From: an uncultured Clostridia bacterium
GTDB taxonomy: Bacteria; Bacillota; Clostridia; Christensenellales; CAG-314
Direction of reading: 5' to 3'
Assembly: GCA_947601445.1 (NCBI GenBank)
Contig: CANQGD010000001.1
Span: 33,608 to 97,607, forward strand
Length of the DNA stretch: 64,000 bases
Shown: positions 58,858 through 64,000 of the stretch, piece by piece
Position numbering within the stretch: position 1 is the first letter of the stretch
How the letters are laid out: every line of letters begins with the position of its first letter
The notes under the pieces: model-generated
Seen by the model: the letters and a program-made list of their open reading frames with translations, nothing else
What the model was told of the DNA's origin: nothing
The model's database searches: none
Made by a program: the position numbers and the translations under genes

Positions 58858-60291
58858 TCAGTGTTGATTGCATATATTTTTATTTACAGAGTCTTCGGTA
58901 ACGGTAGCGGAAACTGTTTGTTCATTCTCGGTCGGAAATTTAAGTTTTTTGAAAAGAACCACAAAACACAAAAGATGTACCAAGGCAGTTAATGCCCAAC
59001 TGATCGGATATGAGATTGCCAACCAAGTTATATTGTGGAAGTATTCTATCGGGAAAATGAAGAATATCCAAATCAACCTGAATCCGCATGCGCCGCATGT
59101 CGATATGATTGTTGGCAATACGGAATATCCTATTGCCCTCAGTGCAAAAGCAAAGCTGTCCATAAACCCACATAAAAAATAAGTTCCCACGGTTATGTAA
59201 ATGCGTTGAAGCGCAAAGTCTATGCCTTCCGAAGCCGGCACATAAAAGCTTAGCAGCGGTCGTGCAAATATCAGCACGATAGCGCCTACAATAATCCAAG
59301 ACGCGGTAACCAACATCAAACAACGCAAAATTACTCTGCGGATATTGGCTTTATCTTTCACTCCGTAATTTGCCGAACCGAATGTAACTACGCCTTGCGC
59401 ACAACTGTTCATTGCCGTGTACACAAAGCCTTCGAGACTTGCCGCAGCTCCGTTCCCGTCCACCGAAGCGGGTCCGAGCGTGTTGCTCAAATCGTTTACG
59501 CTGGTTTGTATCATTACATTGGATATGCTGAAAAGCGCGCTTTGCAACCCGGCGGGCAATCCCAAACGGGTAATTTCCAGCGCCTCTTTTTTGTAGAAAC
59601 GCATCTTTTTAAAATGCAATTCAAAAAAGTTTTGTTTTTTGAACCGTATATATACAATGACAACAATGCAAGCCAATACTTGTGATGCCGCTGTGGCTAT
59701 TGCCACTCCCGCGACGTCCAAATTAAATACTTTTACCAGCAGCAAGTTCAGTCCGACATTGAAAACACCGGACGCCGTTAAAAAATAAAACGGTCGCTGT
59801 GTATCGCCGATAGCGCGCAGTAGTGCGGCGCAAAAATTGTATACCATAGAAAACGGCACGCCGATAAAGTAGATTTCAAGATATTGCGTAGAAAGATCTA
59901 TCAATTCCGCATTGGTTCCCATCCATTGTAAAAAATAACGCGAGCATGTGGCGCCGAAAATTCCCACGACAATGCCCAACACGGCAGATAGAATAAAAGA
60001 AGTGTACGCCACGCGTTGCCCTTTTTCTTTGTCGTTTTGCCCATAGCAACGCGCCATCAATATGTTCGCCCCGATGGACAAACCCAAGAAAAGATTTACT
60101 ATCAGGTTTATGAGAGCGTTGGTAGAGGAAATTGCCCCGACAGAGTGCTCCGACCCATAGTATCTGCATACGATCAAATCGCTCGCTGTAAAAAGAAGTT
60201 GCAAGATGCCAGATAGCATCAGCGGTGATACAAATTTTATTAAGTTTTTGACCATTCCTTTATTGGAGGTCATATCTATTTTCTTAGTCAT
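58858..60291 (-). CDS. MATE family efflux transporter
   Basis: 477 aa, 12 TM, with a typical MATE N-terminus (LIKFVSPLMLSGILQLLFTASDLIV). A TGcTATAAT box lies 20 nt upstream of the ATG and no SD is present. Confidence 0.9.
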   Translation of the reverse strand: MTKKIDMTSNKGMVKNLIKFVSPLMLSGILQLLFTASDLIVCRYYGSEHSVGAISSTNALINLIVNLFLGLSIGANILMARCYGQNDKEKGQRVAYTSFILSAVLGIVVGIFGATCSRYFLQWMGTNAELIDLSTQYLEIYFIGVPFSMVYNFCAALLRAIGDTQRPFYFLTASGVFNVGLNLLLVKVFNLDVAGVAIATAASQVLACIVVIVYIRFKKQNFFELHFKKMRFYKKEALEITRLGLPAGLQSALFSISNVMIQTSVNDLSNTLGPASVDGNGAAASLEGFVYTAMNSCAQGVVTFGSANYGVKDKANIRRVILRCLMLVTASWIIVGAIVLIFARPLLSFYVPASEGIDFALQRIYITVGTYFLCGFMDSFAFALRAIGYSVLPTIISTCGACGFRLIWIFFIFPIEYFHNITWLAISYPISWALTALVHLLCFVVLFKKLKFPTENEQTVSATVTEDSVNKNICNQH

Positions 60292-60581
60292 ATTTTTTCA
60301 AAACATTACAAATTATAGCACCAAGCATTTGTCAAGGCAACCAAATAAATGTCTCTTTTTTAAATTAAGTGCTTTCAACTATTCAATAAATGCGTTATTT
60401 GTGAAATTTGTTCCTTATATATTGACAGAAATCAATGAAATATAAAATAATATGTCACGCATAGTAATAAAATGAATTTATTTTTCACATATTTTATGTC
60501 TGATTTGGGAATTATACTGTTGACTGAAATATTATTTTAGTATAAAATTTAATTATAATCTATATAAGGAAGGGAGAGAAA

Positions 60582-61469
60582 ATGAAGTCAACAGTATTAT
60601 TTACTCGTGAAATTACACCCGAAAGTCTGATAAAAATTTACAATTCGTTGGGCGTAAAACTTAAAGGTAAGGTTGCAGTCAAAATTTCCACGGGAGAACC
60701 CGGCGGACATAATTTTCTAAATCCCAAGTTGATTCAACCGCTCGTCAACAGCCTCGACGGAACGATAGTGGAATGTTGTACCGCATACGGCGGTAAGCGT
60801 TGTGAACCGAAATCGCATTGGGAAACTATCAAAGCTCACGGATTTTATGATATTGCACCCTGCGACATTATGGACGAAGAGGACGAAATGGAAATTCCGA
60901 TCGGCGGTGGCAAGCATATGAGCGGATACAATATCGTGGGCGGACATCTTCGCAATTATGACAGTATGTTGATGTTAAGCCATTTCAAAGGGCACATGAT
61001 GGGCGGCTTTGGCGGCGCTTTGAAAAATATGTCTATCGGCGTGGCGTCTTCTCGCGGTAAAGCATGGATTCATACGGTCGGGCGTACGAAAGACCCCGAA
61101 AAACTTTGGGATTTGGTAGAAGATCAAGACGGTTTTCTCGAAAGTATGGCGGAAGCGTGCAAATCGGTAATGGACTATTTCGGCAGAGAAAATATAGTTT
61201 ATATAAATGTAGCCAATCGTTTGTCCGTTGACTGCGACTGCGATAGCAATCCGCACGAACCGGAAATGGCGGACATAGGCATTTTTGCCTCGTTGGACCC
61301 GGTTGCAATTGACCAATGTTGTTACGACCAAGTTAAAAATTCTCCCGATCCCGGCAAGGCTTCCCTCATAGAGCGCATGGATAGCCGTCATGGTATTCAT
61401 ACAGTGGAGTGGGCGCATGAGCTTGGTTTGGGCAACCGTGAGTATGAGATTATTGACATCGATAGATAA
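60582..61469 (+). CDS. DUF362 domain protein (COG2768-type, putative Fe-S protein)
   Basis: VAVKISTGEPGGHNFLNP, LMLSHFKGHMMGGFGGALKNMSIG and a DCDCD cluster resemble DUF362 family conserved blocks. SD GGAAGGGAGAG. Confidence 0.6.
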   Translation: MKSTVLFTREITPESLIKIYNSLGVKLKGKVAVKISTGEPGGHNFLNPKLIQPLVNSLDGTIVECCTAYGGKRCEPKSHWETIKAHGFYDIAPCDIMDEEDEMEIPIGGGKHMSGYNIVGGHLRNYDSMLMLSHFKGHMMGGFGGALKNMSIGVASSRGKAWIHTVGRTKDPEKLWDLVEDQDGFLESMAEACKSVMDYFGRENIVYINVANRLSVDCDCDSNPHEPEMADIGIFASLDPVAIDQCCYDQVKNSPDPGKASLIERMDSRHGIHTVEWAHELGLGNREYEIIDIDR

Positions 61470-61563
61470 ACAAAAACTGATAACCGCCGATAGCCGTCGA
61501 CACAATATATCGATATGCAATTAGAGGTATAAACTTGGTTTTCGCGTTTTCTTTCGTAAAAAG

Positions 61564-61603
61564 GATTGCAGCAAATTTTTCGGATTTGCCGCAGTCTTTT
61601 TTT
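61564..61603 (+). terminator. Intrinsic terminator after the DUF362 gene
   Basis: GATTGCAGCAAAT / GATTTGCCGCAGTC imperfect stem followed by TTTTTTT. Confidence 0.6.
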
Positions 61604-61823
61604 GCGCCATGCGATACGGAAACTTTTTGAAATATTATTTATTTCTGTAAATTCGAAAAAAAACGACTTTTTGCATATGGACATAATTTTAATGAATAGA
61701 TAGTCATAATTTGTGATACCTTTTTATTCCAAACGTTAATGCAAACCTGTCGTTGGTGTATGTACGGTAAATTCTTTGCAAATAGAATACTCGAATGTCG
61801 ACGGAATTTGCATAAGTAAAGAA

Positions 61824-61852
61824 TTGCCAATACGCTTAATGTTTGATATAAT
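61824..61852 (+). promoter_or_regulatory. Extended -10 promoter of fhs
   Basis: TTGCCA-17 nt-TGaTATAAT. Confidence 0.6.
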
Positions 61853-61912
61853 ATTCACCGACGGCAGAAAAATATCTCACCGTTTTCAGCTGTTGTAAAG
61901 GAGGTGTCGCAA

Positions 61913-63571
61913 ATGACCGATATAGAGATCGCCCGCAATTTTTCCATGAAGCCCATTACTCAGATAGCCGCCAAATTGGGTATTCCCGAACAGGACGTAG
62001 AGTTATACGGTAATTACAAAGCAAAAGTATCAACCGAACCGCATCCGCAAAAAGATGCCAAGTTGGTGCTTGTTACCGCTATCAATCCCACCGCGGCGGG
62101 AGAGGGGAAAACAACGGTATCGATCGGTCTTGCAGACGCCCTCAACATTATCGGCAAAAAAACATGTCTCGCGCTCAGAGAGCCGTCTCTCGGTCCGGTT
62201 TTCGGTATAAAAGGCGGCGCGACGGGCGGCGGATATTCGCAAATAGTTCCTATGGAGGACATCAATTTACATTTTACCGGAGATTTTCATGCGATAACTG
62301 CCGCCAACAATTTGTTGTGCGCACTGATAGACAATAGTATTTTTCAGGGTAACCCGTTAAATATAGACCCGTCTGAAATTCAATTTAATCGTACATTGGA
62401 TGTAAACGACAGGGCGCTGAGAGGCGTGTTGGTAAATTATGGAGTTAAAAATGCCGCGGAACACACCGAAAAATTCAATATTACAGCTGCATGCGAAGTT
62501 ATGGCTGTTTTGGCTTTGGCTGAGGATTTGGATGATCTGAAACGACGTTTGGGCAACATTCTTGTGGCATATACATACGACGGTAAACCCGTATTCGCTA
62601 AGGATTTGCATGCGGAAAACGCTATGACAATACTATTGAAAGGCGCCGTCAAGCCCAATCTTGTACAAACTTTGGGCGGGGTTCCGGCTTTTGTTCATTG
62701 CGGACCGTTTGCAAATATCGCGCATGGATGCAACAGTATCAGGGCTACAAAACTTGCCATGACTTTTGCCGATTACACGGTTACGGAAGCAGGCTTTGGC
62801 GCCGATCTCGGTGCGGAAAAATTTTTGGATGTCAAGTGCAGAATTTCCGGACTGCGTCCAAACGCGGTAGTGCTTGTGGCAACGGTGCGCGCCCTTAAAT
62901 TACACGGTGGCGCCGACAAATACAATCTTGCAACCGAGGATATAAACACTTTGAAGTCCGGGTTGTGTAACCTCGTCAGACATATCGGCAATATAAAAAA
63001 TCTTTATCATTTGCCTGTGACAGTCGCAATCAATCGTTTCAGTTCGGACACCGAACGAGAGATAGAAACGGTAAAAACCGCGGTAGAACAGTTGGGCGTG
63101 GACGCCATTGTCACGGATGTATGGGGTAAAGGCGGTAATGGCGCAGAAGAACTTGCTCGAAAAGTTGTGGAATTATGTAATGTCGACAACAGCGCATTTG
63201 CCTATGCGTATTCGGATGATGACTCGGTAGAGGACAAAATACGTAAAATCGCCGTTAAAATATACGGTGCAAAAGATATTGCGATTTCCGACCGTGCGCG
63301 GCAAAGTTTGCAATCTCTTGCTGCTGTCGTCGATTGCAGCAAAATGCCCGTGGTTATTGCAAAAACTCAGTACAGTTTCAGTGACAATCCCGAGTTATTG
63401 GGTGCGCCCAATGATTTTGTTTTGAATGTTCGAGATATTGAATATCGCGGCGGCGCGGGATTTATTGTTGCGATCGCCGGTAATATGTTGCTAATGCCCG
63501 GGTTAAGCAAAAATCCCAACGCCGTAAATATGACGGTGGATTCCAACGGAAAAGTGGACGGGCTATACTGA
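61913..63571 (+). CDS. fhs: Formate--tetrahydrofolate ligase
   Basis: MTDIEIA N-terminus, INPTAAGEGKTT, EAGFGADLGAEKF. ATG 61913 lies 8 nt after AGGAGG; the ORF is open from GTG 61904. Confidence 0.95.
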   Translation: MTDIEIARNFSMKPITQIAAKLGIPEQDVELYGNYKAKVSTEPHPQKDAKLVLVTAINPTAAGEGKTTVSIGLADALNIIGKKTCLALREPSLGPVFGIKGGATGGGYSQIVPMEDINLHFTGDFHAITAANNLLCALIDNSIFQGNPLNIDPSEIQFNRTLDVNDRALRGVLVNYGVKNAAEHTEKFNITAACEVMAVLALAEDLDDLKRRLGNILVAYTYDGKPVFAKDLHAENAMTILLKGAVKPNLVQTLGGVPAFVHCGPFANIAHGCNSIRATKLAMTFADYTVTEAGFGADLGAEKFLDVKCRISGLRPNAVVLVATVRALKLHGGADKYNLATEDINTLKSGLCNLVRHIGNIKNLYHLPVTVAINRFSSDTEREIETVKTAVEQLGVDAIVTDVWGKGGNGAEELARKVVELCNVDNSAFAYAYSDDDSVEDKIRKIAVKIYGAKDIAISDRARQSLQSLAAVVDCSKMPVVIAKTQYSFSDNPELLGAPNDFVLNVRDIEYRGGAGFIVAIAGNMLLMPGLSKNPNAVNMTVDSNGKVDGLY

Positions 63572-63644
63572 TATTTTACAAGCGTACTTTGGATATAATT
63601 TCCCATTGCATTGCGCGCGAATTACAAAAGCTAAGGAGAGAAAT

Positions 63645-64000
63645 ATGCACAAACTTTATTTCAAATACGGGACAATGGCAAGCAGCAAATCGGCTCAGGC
63701 GCTTATGTGTAAATTCAATTACGAACAAAAGGGAATGAAAGTGTTGTTGGTAAAACCGTCGTTGGACACGCGTGACGACGCCGAAGAGCGAATGGTGCGT
63801 TCCCGTATCGGTCTTACCGCAAAATGTTACACAATCGCACCCGACGAAAGTTTTATTGATTTGTTCGAAAAAGTCAACGCAGAGTCGCAGGTAGAAACCA
63901 TCATCGTTGACGAGGCGCAATTTTGCACCGCCGAACAAGTGGACCAACTTAAACAATTGACCAAAAACGCAAACGTTTTGTGCTACGGACTGTTGTTGGA
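63645..64000 (+). CDS. tdk: Thymidine kinase, 3' end cut by window edge
   Basis: SD AAGGAGAG. Translation: MHKLYFKYGTMASSKSAQALM (P-loop variant) ... IIVDEAQF. Open to the window end. Confidence 0.85.
   Translation, partial: MHKLYFKYGTMASSKSAQALMCKFNYEQKGMKVLLVKPSLDTRDDAEERMVRSRIGLTAKCYTIAPDESFIDLFEKVNAESQVETIIVDEAQFCTAEQVDQLKQLTKNANVLCYGLLL

Noticed and set aside
61604-61912. Expected a ZTP (pfl) or THF riboswitch upstream of fhs.
   Set aside because: I could not find the conserved pfl elements (GGGTCGTGAC.../CCGCCTGGGC). The region shows only a promoter and a short leader of about 55 nt.

Overview
The window looks like a core chromosomal segment from a Firmicutes (Clostridia-like) bacterium using the standard genetic code. 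I support about 58 protein-coding genes and 2 tRNAs (Leu-UAA, Cys-GCA). I found no rRNA, CRISPR array, transposase, integrase or phage genes. Content is mostly housekeeping: pncB, a DivIVA-domain gene, groES-groEL with a consensus promoter and CIRCE operator, dCMP deaminase, meso-DAP dehydrogenase, cdaA, aspartokinase, two FAD proteins, lepA, hemW, ppa, ktrB-ktrA followed by a kdpD/kdpE-type pair, rarA, an ABC exporter, tyrS, pcrA-ligA, fhs and tdk. Positions 38576-53578 are colinear, from memory, with the B. subtilis yloC..yloV region (yicC-gmk-rpoZ-coaBC-priA-def-fmt-rsmB-rlmN-rsgA-rpe ... rpmB / asp23-yloV). The remA, prpC/stp, prkC and thiN positions are empty. The most useful observations come from reading below the 60-aa ORF cutoff and in the intergenic DNA. 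(1) An unlisted 30-codon ORF at 49279-49371 resembles SpoVM and sits in the syntenic position. (2) Three genes (lepA, rarA and a membrane protein) have near-consensus promoters whose -10 box ends 6-8 nt before the ATG, which implies leaderless mRNAs. (3) A K+ module has ktrBA, a 46-aa micro-ORF and an N-terminally short KdpD/KdpE pair but no kdpFABC, and a KdpE-like direct repeat lies upstream of ktrB. (4) cdaA is translationally coupled to a 42-aa membrane micro-ORF instead of a full cdaR. I did not find a clearly novel multi-gene system such as a defence island. All family calls rest on motif recognition by eye, with no searches run. Starts are chosen from SD or promoter context and are less certain than stops.
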